Shown: positions 28,862 through 38,153 of the stretch, one piece after another | Numbering within the stretch: the first letter of the stretch is position 1 | How the letters are laid out: the number at the start of each line of letters is the position of its first letter | Source: an uncultured Saprospiraceae bacterium | Lineage (GTDB): Bacteria > Bacteroidota > Bacteroidia > Chitinophagales > Saprospiraceae | Assembly: GCA_964015035.1 (NCBI GenBank) | Contig: CAXHCA010000005.1 | Location: 15,645-79,644, forward strand | DNA: 64,000 nucleotides | Direction of reading: 5' to 3' | Notes under the pieces: generated by a model | What the model saw: the letters and a program-made list of their open reading frames with translations, nothing else | Databases searched by the model: none | What the model was told of the DNA's origin: nothing | Position numbers and translations under genes: made by a program

Positions 28862-29929
28862 ATGATCCAAAGTATACTGGTTAAAATTTTATTAGCCCCC
28901 CTATCCTTGCTTTACGGTTTTGGCGTAAGCCTGCGCGATTTTTTCTATCGACAGGGATTGTTGAAGTCGATAGAATTTAATGTGCCAACCATCTCTGTGG
29001 GTAATCTTTCTGTAGGAGGGGCTGGAAAAACGCCTCATATAGAATACCTCATCCGCTTGTTGCAAGACTACCTGGAAGTAGCTACACTTAGTCGGGGGTA
29101 CAAACGCAAAACAAAGGGATATCTGGAGGTTCATCCACGCATGACGGCCGAGCAGGCCGGAGATGAACCCTTGCAGTTTAAGCGCAAGTTCCCGGAAATT
29201 ATGGTGACTGTTTCCGAAAGTCGCACCTTTGCTGTTCCGCAGATTATGATGGCGCGACCCGACACACAGGTGGTATTGCTTGATGACGCCTTTCAACACC
29301 GCTCTATTAAACCGGGGTTGAATGTGTTACTCACCCAGTTTAGTGAGCCTTTTACCCGGGATTACCTGCTGCCTTCGGGGCGCTTGCGCGAATGGCGTTC
29401 TGCCTACGAGCGGGCCGATATCGTTATCGTTTCCAAATGCCCATTTGAAGTCAGTGAGGCAGAGAAACAGGCCTTGATTGAGGAGATTAAGCCGTTGCCG
29501 CACCAACAGATTTATTTCTCTTATTACGATTATACCCGGCCCTATTACATTATCAATCCCAATTATGTGACAGACCTGCAAGCGGATTGGGATGTGCTGT
29601 TGATCTGTGCTATTGCGCGAACCGATTATTTGGTGGATTACCTGGAGCAAAAGGTAAACAGTGTGAAGGTGTTGGAATACGAAGATCACCACTTTTTTGA
29701 AAAGTCTGATGTAGCCCATCTCAAGGCGGTTTTTGACAATATTGAATCGGAGAAAAAGCTGATCATTACCACGGAAAAGGACGCTATGCGATTAGAGTTG
29801 CACCGGGCTTTTTTGGTTGAAAACCGAATGCCTATATTTGCTATACCGGTGGACGTGAAGTTCCACTTTGGCGAAGGCGAGAAATTTGATGAAAACATCA
29901 AAGATTTTCTGTTAAACTTTAAAGTCTGA
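28862..29929 (+). CDS. lpxK: Tetraacyldisaccharide 4'-kinase
   Basis: P-loop GNLSVGGAGKTP with LpxK-length collinearity. Start at the Met at 28862. Confidence 0.9.
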   Translation: MIQSILVKILLAPLSLLYGFGVSLRDFFYRQGLLKSIEFNVPTISVGNLSVGGAGKTPHIEYLIRLLQDYLEVATLSRGYKRKTKGYLEVHPRMTAEQAGDEPLQFKRKFPEIMVTVSESRTFAVPQIMMARPDTQVVLLDDAFQHRSIKPGLNVLLTQFSEPFTRDYLLPSGRLREWRSAYERADIVIVSKCPFEVSEAEKQALIEEIKPLPHQQIYFSYYDYTRPYYIINPNYVTDLQADWDVLLICAIARTDYLVDYLEQKVNSVKVLEYEDHHFFEKSDVAHLKAVFDNIESEKKLIITTEKDAMRLELHRAFLVENRMPIFAIPVDVKFHFGEGEKFDENIKDFLLNFKV

Positions 29930-29931
29930 TT

Positions 29932-31224
29932 TTGAATCCATTGCTTAGAGGCATCTACCGATTTTTAAAATTACTGACCCGGTTAATTCTGGCTATTTTT
30001 TATCCAGATACTACTATTATCAATGGAGAGCGATTGGTTTTTCGCAATCCGGCCATTGTGGTCAGCAATCATCCAAACACCTTGATTGATGCGGTGCGAA
30101 CAGCCTCCCTGGTTAAGCGGCAGGTATTCTTTTTGGCCAATTGGGGCTTGTTTAAAACGCCTTTTCAAAACTGGTTTTTCAATACCTTTTACTGCATTCC
30201 CATTAAGCGGCCACAGGATGTAAGCAGTGGTGTGGTACTCAAAAATGATGATGCTTTTGATCGCTGCGACGAGCACCTGGGCAATGGCGGGGTCCTTTAT
30301 ATTGCTCCGGAAGGCACCAGCTTTATTGAACGACGGTTGCGGCCTATTAAAACCGGCACGGCCCGTATTGCGTTAAGCGCTGAAGACAAAAAAGACTTCA
30401 ATCTCGACCTCTCCATTTTACCGGTGGGGCTGACTTATTCGGATAGTCACCTTTCGGGAACCCGGTTGGTGGTAAATGTAGGAGAACCCATTTCCCTCAA
30501 ACCTTTCGCCGAGGATTATCGAAAAGACACTTTTGGCACTGTGCGCAAGCTTACTGCGCTGCTGGAGGAACGCATGAAGGGGCTGTTGTTGCAATCTCGC
30601 AATGATGAAGAAGATGCGCTATTGCGAAAGCTGGAACGCATTCTTTCTTCCGAGAATCGAAGTGGGACCTGGCTGTTTTACAAAAGCCAGGCGCTGCTGA
30701 CCATGATCCAATCAGCGGAAAAAGCCACCTTGGACCGATTGCGTACCACAACCCATCAATATTTTGGCAAGCTGCGCTTTTACCATCTTGAGGATGAGGT
30801 TATTGCCGAAGCCACCGGTTACCGAAGTGGGGCGCCTCTCATTTTTCGATTGATGGGGCTGGTTATTGGTGCTCCGCTCTTTTTATATGGACTGGTCAAT
30901 AATTTTTTGGCGGCCTTTACCCCGGTACTGATTGCCAATAAAGTCAATTTGTACATTGGTTATATGTCTACGGTGAAAGTCCTGAGCGGAATTTTGTCTT
31001 TCCCTTTGTTCTACTATATACAGTGCAAGGTATTCATGGCGCTATTTCCAGAAATTGGAGTTGGGTGGTACCTGCTTAGTTTGCCCATCAGTGGCTTTTT
31101 TGCACGCCGCTATTGGAAGTGGGCCAAAATTGTGATCTCCGCCCTGCGTTGGGATTTACTGGATGAGTCGATCAGAGAACAGATGAGTAACTGGCGCCGG
31201 GAGCTACGGGAATTTGAAGGATAA
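29932..31224 (+). CDS. Lysophospholipid (PlsC-type) acyltransferase with C-terminal membrane domain
   Basis: Acyltransferase blocks NHPNTLID and APEGTS. TTG start 2 nt after the lpxK stop. C-terminal TM helices. Confidence 0.75.
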   Translation: MNPLLRGIYRFLKLLTRLILAIFYPDTTIINGERLVFRNPAIVVSNHPNTLIDAVRTASLVKRQVFFLANWGLFKTPFQNWFFNTFYCIPIKRPQDVSSGVVLKNDDAFDRCDEHLGNGGVLYIAPEGTSFIERRLRPIKTGTARIALSAEDKKDFNLDLSILPVGLTYSDSHLSGTRLVVNVGEPISLKPFAEDYRKDTFGTVRKLTALLEERMKGLLLQSRNDEEDALLRKLERILSSENRSGTWLFYKSQALLTMIQSAEKATLDRLRTTTHQYFGKLRFYHLEDEVIAEATGYRSGAPLIFRLMGLVIGAPLFLYGLVNNFLAAFTPVLIANKVNLYIGYMSTVKVLSGILSFPLFYYIQCKVFMALFPEIGVGWYLLSLPISGFFARRYWKWAKIVISALRWDLLDESIREQMSNWRRELREFEG

Positions 31225-31545
31225 TTGGCATTTTATACTGTTAGCATTACGTTAAAGTTGAAATTGGCACGATTCTAGTAAAACAATTATAGGCAAAAAG
31301 AAGTATATTTATTGTCCAGTAAATTTGAAATTTGTTGTAAGAACTTTTTCAAAAAGGTGTTGGGTGCCGGAAATGCATCATCTACCCCCAAGCGGGAGAT
31401 CTTTGGATCCCCGTAGACTAATCCGACCTCCATTGACGTTAACATTATTAGATTTTTGAATCAATAAATGCCCTTGCGAGATTTGGAGTAAAATAAAAAT
31501 AGCATGCTAAATTTTTCGCTCCCAAGGGAATTAAAAAAGAAAATT

Positions 31546-33639
31546 ATGAAGTTCAGAGGAGCCATCTTTTTTTCGCTCATAGCAGTTGTCCTTACTGTAG
31601 CGGCTTACTATCCCAAAGTAAATAGCCAGGAAAAAGAATCCATCTTAGTGAGAACGATCCTTCGTGGATTGGAGCAATTGCACTATCAGCCGCAAAAAAT
31701 TGATGATAAGTTTTCTGAGAAAGTATACAATATGTATCTCAATCAATTGGATAGCGGCAAGCGGTTTTTGACGCAGGAAGATATTGATCAACTGGAGAAA
31801 TTCAAGTACGATATCGATGAGGAGTCCAATGCAGGTACATATGAATTTTTTGACCTTTCTCTGAGTTTGGTAGAAGCGGGTATGAAGAAGACTCAGGCTT
31901 ACTACCGCGAAATTCTCTCCCATCCATTCGATTTTTCTGAAAAAGAAGAAATTCAAATGGATGGTGAAAAAAGATCATTTGCCAAAGATGATAAAGAATT
32001 GAAGGCCTTCTGGGAAAAATACTTGAAATACGAGGTGTTGACCAAGTATGTTGATAAATTGGAAAGTCAAAAGGATATAGGTGAAGGAGAAGAGCGGAAA
32101 TCAGAAGAAGTTTTGGAAGAGGAATCTCGCAAAGAAATACTTGAGATGTTTGATAATTGGTATGAGCGTCTCAGCAAGTTGAAGCGGGAAGACCGCCTGA
32201 GCTACTACCTCAATACGCTGACCAGTACTTTTGATCCTCACACGAATTATTTCAAGCCGATTGATAAAGAAAACTTCAACATTCGCTTCAGCGGCCGTTT
32301 GGAAGGTATTGGTGCTCGCTTGATGAGTGATGGAGACTATACTAAAGTTTCTGATATCGTAGTAGGTGGCCCAGCCTGGAAGGGCAAAGAACTGGAAGCC
32401 AACGATATAATCATGAAGGTGAAACAAGAAGACGGAGAAGCGGTAGACATCAAAAATATGGTGTTGGATGACGTCGTTTCCCAGATTCGTGGTGACAAAG
32501 GAACAACGGTTACCCTTACGGTGAAAAAGATAGATGGTACCATACAAGATATTTCTATCGTTCGTGAAGTTGTCATCATCGATGAGCGTTTTGCCCGTTC
32601 ATTAATTCTTGATGGCAGCGGTGAAAACGAAAAAATTGGGTACATCTATCTGCCTAGTTTCTACGCCGATTTCGAAAATGAAGACGGCCGGAATTGTTCA
32701 GAAGATGTGAAGAAAGAGATCGAAAAACTAAAAGCAGAAAAAGTCGATGGTATTATCCTGGATCTGCGGAATAATGGTGGGGGCTCTCTGCGCGATGTGG
32801 TAGAAATGTCCGGATATTTTATCGAAAAGGGACCAATTGTGCAAGTGAAGTCTCGTCGGGATAAAGCGCAGGTATTGATGGATGTTGATCCTCGGGTACA
32901 ATACGATGGCCCCTTAGCGGTCATGGTAAATTCATATAGTGCTTCTGCTTCCGAAATTTTGGCGGCTGCTCTGCAGGATTACGGACGTGCTGTAATTGTA
33001 GGAAGCAAGTCGACCTTTGGTAAAGGAACGGTACAGCGATTTGTAGACCTGGACCGCACCATTAACGGTTTGGACGAAGTCAAGCCACTCGGTGAGGTGA
33101 AACTGACCATGCAAAAATTCTACCGAATCAACGGAGGGTCTACTCAGTTGAAAGGGGTTATTCCTGATATCATTCTTCCAGATAATTATCACTACATCAA
33201 AACCGGTGAAAAGGAAGAAGATTATCCAATGGAATGGTCAGAAATTGAGCCCGTGAAGTTTAGCCAGAATGTCAATATCGTGAAAAATTTGGATAAGCTG
33301 CGTAAGCGCAGTGAGCAGCGTCTGAAAAACAACGGGACCTTCCAGAAAATTCTGGAAAACGCTAAGCGTTTGCAAACCAAAATGGAGGAGTCCGTTTATC
33401 CATTGTCTCTAGAGGAATACCAGGAGATGGAACGCCGCCAGAAGAAAGAAGCCGATGAATTTAAAGGGATGTTTGATGAAGTAGTGCTTTCAGGAGTTTC
33501 CAACCTGGAAGTTGACCTTCCTCTGATCAATGCAGATGAGTCAAAGCAAGCTCGTAACGAAGATTTGATGGCCACTCTTTCAAAAGACGTTTACGTAAAA
33601 GAAACATTGAACATCATGCACGATATGATTAAGCAATAA
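31546..33639 (+). CDS. Carboxy-terminal processing peptidase (S41 family)
   Basis: PDZ plus S41 catalytic blocks (NSYSASASEILAAAL; TFGKGTVQ). Start at the Met at 31546 (MKFRGAIFF). Confidence 0.9.
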   Translation: MKFRGAIFFSLIAVVLTVAAYYPKVNSQEKESILVRTILRGLEQLHYQPQKIDDKFSEKVYNMYLNQLDSGKRFLTQEDIDQLEKFKYDIDEESNAGTYEFFDLSLSLVEAGMKKTQAYYREILSHPFDFSEKEEIQMDGEKRSFAKDDKELKAFWEKYLKYEVLTKYVDKLESQKDIGEGEERKSEEVLEEESRKEILEMFDNWYERLSKLKREDRLSYYLNTLTSTFDPHTNYFKPIDKENFNIRFSGRLEGIGARLMSDGDYTKVSDIVVGGPAWKGKELEANDIIMKVKQEDGEAVDIKNMVLDDVVSQIRGDKGTTVTLTVKKIDGTIQDISIVREVVIIDERFARSLILDGSGENEKIGYIYLPSFYADFENEDGRNCSEDVKKEIEKLKAEKVDGIILDLRNNGGGSLRDVVEMSGYFIEKGPIVQVKSRRDKAQVLMDVDPRVQYDGPLAVMVNSYSASASEILAAALQDYGRAVIVGSKSTFGKGTVQRFVDLDRTINGLDEVKPLGEVKLTMQKFYRINGGSTQLKGVIPDIILPDNYHYIKTGEKEEDYPMEWSEIEPVKFSQNVNIVKNLDKLRKRSEQRLKNNGTFQKILENAKRLQTKMEESVYPLSLEEYQEMERRQKKEADEFKGMFDEVVLSGVSNLEVDLPLINADESKQARNEDLMATLSKDVYVKETLNIMHDMIKQ

Positions 33640-33665
33640 TCCCTTCGAGAGGCATGCTTCGCAAG

Positions 33666-33700
33666 GGGGCAATTCGGACATTAATTCGGATTGCCCCTTT
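33666..33700 (+). terminator. Possible intrinsic terminator after the S41 peptidase gene
   Basis: 8-bp stem GGGGCAAT/ATTGCCCC with a 16-nt loop, followed by tttgtcgttt. Confidence 0.4.
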
Positions 33701-33727
33701 GTCGTTTGAGATGGAGCGCTTATCTAA

Positions 33728-33920
33728 GTGCATGTTTGGAGGTAGTCCCTGAAGTATATTCGGGCAAGCTATTCCGTCCCGGTAAAACCGGGATTTTGGA
33801 GCCTCTTTTCGACTATTTTTTCGTCCATCTCGGCTGAGCCGAGACGGGCTCAAAAATGAGCCTTGCGAGAACCCAATATCTGCAATTTTCGCTGCTGAAG
33901 CGCCACCTCCAAACATGCAC
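33728..33920 (+). mobile_element. MITE family A, copy 1 (193 bp)
   Basis: TIRs gtgcatgtttggaggt / acctccaaacatgcac. Flanked by TAA at 33725-33727 and 33921-23. Internal hairpins cccggtaaaaccggg and tctcggctgagccgaga. Collinear with the copies at 41401 and 55324. Confidence 0.75.
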
Positions 33921-35380
33921 TAAACAACTTTACTCCGATCCAGGGCATCGATTTTTTCCAGAATCCAGTTTTTATCTGCCAGGGCCTGGCATTCATGCAC
34001 TTTGTTGCGGACTTTTTCAATGGCTTGCTGGTTGTATGGATCGATATTAGCCAGTTTACGGATGAAACGCAGCACGTTGAGGTACTGCCGCCGGACATCT
34101 TTTGAGATTAACCGGTTGCGCTGCAGGTAGATGCGAAAGCTATCCACCAGAGAATCAAGGGCAAGGTATTCAGCCTGCTCGTAGTAGGTCTTGAGCAACA
34201 TCAGTTTGCTGCCTAGCGCGTAGACTACATCGTCGTATTCGACTTCTCGGAGTTGCGCAATCACTTCAGGATACTTTTTTTGATGAAAATACACCTTGGC
34301 CAGGTTGTACGTCAGCGCATTTTCACGGTTATCATCCGGCAGGTAATCCGTATTGGTTTTAATGAAATGTTCCACCCAGTCGAAAGCCTTGACATAGAGC
34401 GCCACGGTGATGATGTTTTTGTAGTCCTGGCTGTCTAGCTTGCCATTCGCAGTGAGAATTTCTTCCTTAATCAGGGTTTGAAATAGTTGAAACAATTCCA
34501 CAAGGTATTCCGAATGCCCTTTATTGATTCGGGAGTCAATACAGTAATTTTTCAGGTAGATATAAAGCGTGTTAAGCTCTTCTTTCGAAAAATGTTGTTG
34601 CTGTGCTTTTAGGTAGTCTCGCAGATTGTGGAAATGGCTTTCGTCCTCTTCATCACGCAACATCTTTAATACGAGCAGGTAGGCTTGTAAAGGCGGTTCT
34701 TGAATGTATTTAGAGCCTTCAAGGAAATGGATGAACCCAGGGATAGTCCGGATCTCTGTTTCAATGGGTAAGAACTTCCGGTATCCCAAAATGTCGCAGA
34801 GATATTTTAGCTTTTGCAAAAAGTAAAAACAATCCAGGTGAAAATCTGCTTGTTCCAGCTCGCCAAAATTAGATAATTTTTTACCTGATGCCTCCAGCGT
34901 GCGGTGGGTCAGGTCAGATACGGCATAGTTGAAAAAATGATAATCGGTATCCTTCAGGGCCGATGTATCCGACAGGGCATTTTTTACCTTTTGGGCAGTG
35001 CTGTGAAAATATTTATCTAGTTTTCGTTCTTTGAGAATATGTAATTGCTCCAAACCGGGAAGAAAAACTTGTTTTTTACTGCGTTGAAGTTGGAGAAAAT
35101 TCATACCGTGCTGGGTTAGCTCAGAGCATATACGGCGCAGGTAGTTGTCGTCGTAAGGCTGATTTTTTTTAAGTTTTTTCCATGCTTCCCGCTTGCTCAA
35201 TACCTTTTTAGGTGGCTCATTTTCGGGCTCAGTATGCAAATATACTGTTTCAACCAGGTCAAACAGATCAATGAGTTCCGCGTTTTCGTTAAAATAGGGG
35301 GAATTCAGGTATTTTCGAAAGTGCTTTCGTTCTAGTCGGGAACAGGTATCCAGTAGGGTAATCAGTTTTTTGCTTGGCAT
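33920..35380 (-). CDS. Hypothetical all-alpha (TPR-like) protein, 486 aa
   Basis: Long intact ORF with helical-repeat-like composition and no catalytic motif recognised. Its stop codon spans the MITE/TSD junction. Confidence 0.6.
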   Translation of the reverse strand: MPSKKLITLLDTCSRLERKHFRKYLNSPYFNENAELIDLFDLVETVYLHTEPENEPPKKVLSKREAWKKLKKNQPYDDNYLRRICSELTQHGMNFLQLQRSKKQVFLPGLEQLHILKERKLDKYFHSTAQKVKNALSDTSALKDTDYHFFNYAVSDLTHRTLEASGKKLSNFGELEQADFHLDCFYFLQKLKYLCDILGYRKFLPIETEIRTIPGFIHFLEGSKYIQEPPLQAYLLVLKMLRDEEDESHFHNLRDYLKAQQQHFSKEELNTLYIYLKNYCIDSRINKGHSEYLVELFQLFQTLIKEEILTANGKLDSQDYKNIITVALYVKAFDWVEHFIKTNTDYLPDDNRENALTYNLAKVYFHQKKYPEVIAQLREVEYDDVVYALGSKLMLLKTYYEQAEYLALDSLVDSFRIYLQRNRLISKDVRRQYLNVLRFIRKLANIDPYNQQAIEKVRNKVHECQALADKNWILEKIDALDRSKVV

Positions 35381-35558
35381 GACTCACTAGTTGCAATTAG
35401 ATTAAAAACAAAGTAATTTTACAATGGAATTTAAAATGTTGAAATTCAATATTTTATCCAAAATGGGTTTTATTGTTTTTCCGACAATTTACAAAAAATG
35501 TATTTGACCAAATGCCTCTATCGTTGGATTTTTGTAATGTCTTAAACCATTTCGCGTC

Positions 35559-37097
35559 ATGAAAAATAGCTGCATTTTTACGCTGGTCAGTTTCTTTTGT
35601 TGTATTGCGGGTCCTCAGTTTGTGTTCGCACAGTGCATAGACGAAGACCAGATCGACCTGAGTGCGCCCTGTACTGCCGATCCCGATCCAGTATGTGGAT
35701 GCGATGGTCAGACCTACATCAATGCCTGTCAGGCCAAAAATTGGTATGGTGTTACGGAATGGACACAGGGGCCTTGTGTTACCAATGAATGTGAGGCCGA
35801 TTTTATTTTTGCCTACTTGCTGAACCAGGAAGTTTTGTTTTACAATAATTCTGTCAATTACACCAATCACGAATGGCATATTGAGGGGCAAACGCTCTAT
35901 TCTGATGCGGATGGGGTGCTGCATTATACTTTTTCCAATACGGCTCCCTCCCTGGTTTGTCTCACGATTTTCAATGATGAGGGGTGTGAGGATACGGAAT
36001 GTATTTTTGTTTACCCCAATGCACCAGAAGAGATGTGTAACATCAGCGACTGTGTGTGGCCGGGTGATGCCAATGGCAACTGGCACCCCAATAATTACGA
36101 TTTGCTCAATATTGGGTTGGCATTCAACTCGACGGGGCCAGCACGGCCTTTTTTCCCAAACCCGGATGATCATATTGCCTGGGCGCCTAACTATTCCGAT
36201 GCCTGGGGGGATGATGTGAGTGGTATCGATTTTAAGCACTTTGATTGTGATGGCAATGGTTTGGTGAACGAAGAAGATATTGAAGCCATTTACCACAACT
36301 ACGATGCGGAAGTCAATACCGCTACTAACCCGGAAGAGGACGCTCCGCTACTTTGGCTGGATTTTGCCGATGATTTAATCAATATCGACCTGAACAGCCC
36401 GGCAGAAATCGAAATTACGGCCACTTTACGGATCGGCAATGCCGCTAATCCGGTGTCCAACCTCCACGGGTTGGCCTTTACGATTGGGTTCCCTGATACT
36501 CTGGTCTATCCCGGGACAACCACGTTCAATTATATTGGTACATCCTTTTTCGGTTACAATTACGATGTGTTGACCGTTAGCCGCGAAGTTTCCGATTTTT
36601 TTCCTGGCCGCTTTGATGCTGCCCTGAGCCGTAAATCCGGGCAAGGCATTAATGGTAGTGGCGCCTTGGCGGAAATCAATTTCATCGTTAATTCCGATAT
36701 CATTGGAGGACGCGCTGTTCCGGAAACTCCGTTTGATGTGGTTCTCGACAATGTGATTATGATCAATTCGGATGGTGATACACTTTCCTATAACCTGCCG
36801 ATAGAACCGGCAACCGTGATTTTTCTCAATTCCGGTGTTTCAGATGTCGATTCGCCCGATTTACATCGAGAATTGCGGGTATTCCCCAATCCGGTCCAAG
36901 ATCTGCTCACTATTGAAAGTCTCCATACTCCGCTGGAAGCTATCCGTGTATTCAATCATCTAGGTCAGTCCGTTTTTCAGCAAATCGATCCAGCCCTAAC
37001 CACTCATATTCGTACGGAAGGCTGGGGGGCTGGCGTTTACCTGCTGGAAGCCATCAGTAACGGTAGGCGGGTGACCAAGAAGGTGATGGTGGAATAA
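35559..37097 (+). CDS. Secreted modular protein: Kazal-type inhibitor domain + dockerin-like Ca-binding repeat + cohesin-like module + T9SS C-terminal sorting domain
   Basis: Signal peptide. Kazal pattern CTADPDPVCGCDGQTYINACQAKNWYGVTEWTQGPC. DCDGNGLVNEED repeat. C-terminal LRVFPNPVQDLLTIE...GVYLLEAISNGRRVTKKVMVE is typical of Por/T9SS tails. Confidence 0.75.
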   Translation: MKNSCIFTLVSFFCCIAGPQFVFAQCIDEDQIDLSAPCTADPDPVCGCDGQTYINACQAKNWYGVTEWTQGPCVTNECEADFIFAYLLNQEVLFYNNSVNYTNHEWHIEGQTLYSDADGVLHYTFSNTAPSLVCLTIFNDEGCEDTECIFVYPNAPEEMCNISDCVWPGDANGNWHPNNYDLLNIGLAFNSTGPARPFFPNPDDHIAWAPNYSDAWGDDVSGIDFKHFDCDGNGLVNEEDIEAIYHNYDAEVNTATNPEEDAPLLWLDFADDLINIDLNSPAEIEITATLRIGNAANPVSNLHGLAFTIGFPDTLVYPGTTTFNYIGTSFFGYNYDVLTVSREVSDFFPGRFDAALSRKSGQGINGSGALAEINFIVNSDIIGGRAVPETPFDVVLDNVIMINSDGDTLSYNLPIEPATVIFLNSGVSDVDSPDLHRELRVFPNPVQDLLTIESLHTPLEAIRVFNHLGQSVFQQIDPALTTHIRTEGWGAGVYLLEAISNGRRVTKKVMVE

Positions 37098-37460
37098 ATT
37101 ATAGATTTGGAGCCCGGAATTTTGGCCTGTATTGAGCTGCCGCACCGCTGGGGCGGAAATACACATCGATATTATTGGCTACAGAGATGGCATTCCGGCT
37201 GGAACGCGATAGGGATTTGGAATGGCTGTGCTGCAACTTCGGCCTGATCCTCTGTTTACTTATTCTTCTCTGACCCCTAGCGGATGACTCTGGCCAGTGG
37301 GGCGTCAACCGCATTGCGCTGCGTAGCAGCGACACCAGACCAGATCATTCATGGAAATCTACATAAAGTCATCATTTGTAGACATAGACAATAGCTCATT
37401 TGAGAAAGGAGGAGTAATTTTGTGCAGGGGTTAGATTTGAGTTGAGGCTGGGGAGGCGGC

Positions 37461-37609
37461 GAGCGTTTGTGTTTGGGAGCAGATCGCGTAAGTGGGCTGG
37501 AGGACCACCTGTAAAGGTGGGTGTCGGCTTGGCCGATACGGAGCGCAGCGAACTCAGGAAGCACGCGGCCCCGACGGAGCCATAGCGGAGAAGGGGATAC
37601 GCCCAAATT
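37461..37609 (+). repeat. Repeat family B, copy 1 (hairpin-rich, ~149 bp)
   Basis: Collinear with 55589-55720 (cgcgtaag.gggctggagg.ccacctg.taaaggtggg.tcgg...gccgatacggagc...ggaagcacgcg...gggatacgcccaaa). Carries an ~18-nt insertion relative to copy 2. Confidence 0.55.
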
Positions 37610-37688
37610 TAACAGACTCCTAATGGGATTCTACACATTTTGGTTGCCGTATTTCTTACCTTTAGTCCCGAATCAAAGAGCTTACATC

Positions 37689-38120
37689 ATGATGCTACAC
37701 ACCTATCGATTTTATGCAGTGCTTGGCTTATTGCTGGGCCTTGGGGTTGCGTGCAGTTCGACGCAATACACACTAGATACCTTGCCGGAACGGCAACTTT
37801 ACTTTGGGAGTGGAGGTGGATTTGCGGGAACGACTACCGAATATATGCTGCTGGACAATGGGCAGTTGTTTCGGAATGATCCCAAGGGGTATACCCCGCT
37901 AGAACCCGCCAAGGCCGGGGAGGCACGTCGGGCATTTAAGCAGTTTTACAAGATGAAACTAGATACCCTGAGCTACAATGAACCGGGTAACCTGTATTAC
38001 TTTATCCGGATGAAGGATGAGGGGGCAACCTACGAAATCACCTGGGGGAGCAACAAGGATTTACCCAATGACAATATTGAGACTTACTACCAGAGGCTAA
38101 ATCAGATTATCAATCCGTAG
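37689..38120 (+). CDS. Hypothetical lipoprotein (143 aa)
   Basis: Start moved to the Met at 37689, giving the lipoprotein signal LGLLLGLGVAC-S. The upstream part of the ORF runs through repeat B. Confidence 0.55.
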   Translation: MMLHTYRFYAVLGLLLGLGVACSSTQYTLDTLPERQLYFGSGGGFAGTTTEYMLLDNGQLFRNDPKGYTPLEPAKAGEARRAFKQFYKMKLDTLSYNEPGNLYYFIRMKDEGATYEITWGSNKDLPNDNIETYYQRLNQIINP

Positions 38121-38153
38121 TACCGATAAGTATACTTCAAAAATTCATCATCT

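Noticed and set aside
35454-36296. 280-aa minus-strand ORF
   Set aside because: It is antisense to the Kazal/T9SS cargo gene, which has a signal peptide, a Cys pattern and a T9SS tail. This is a shadow ORF.
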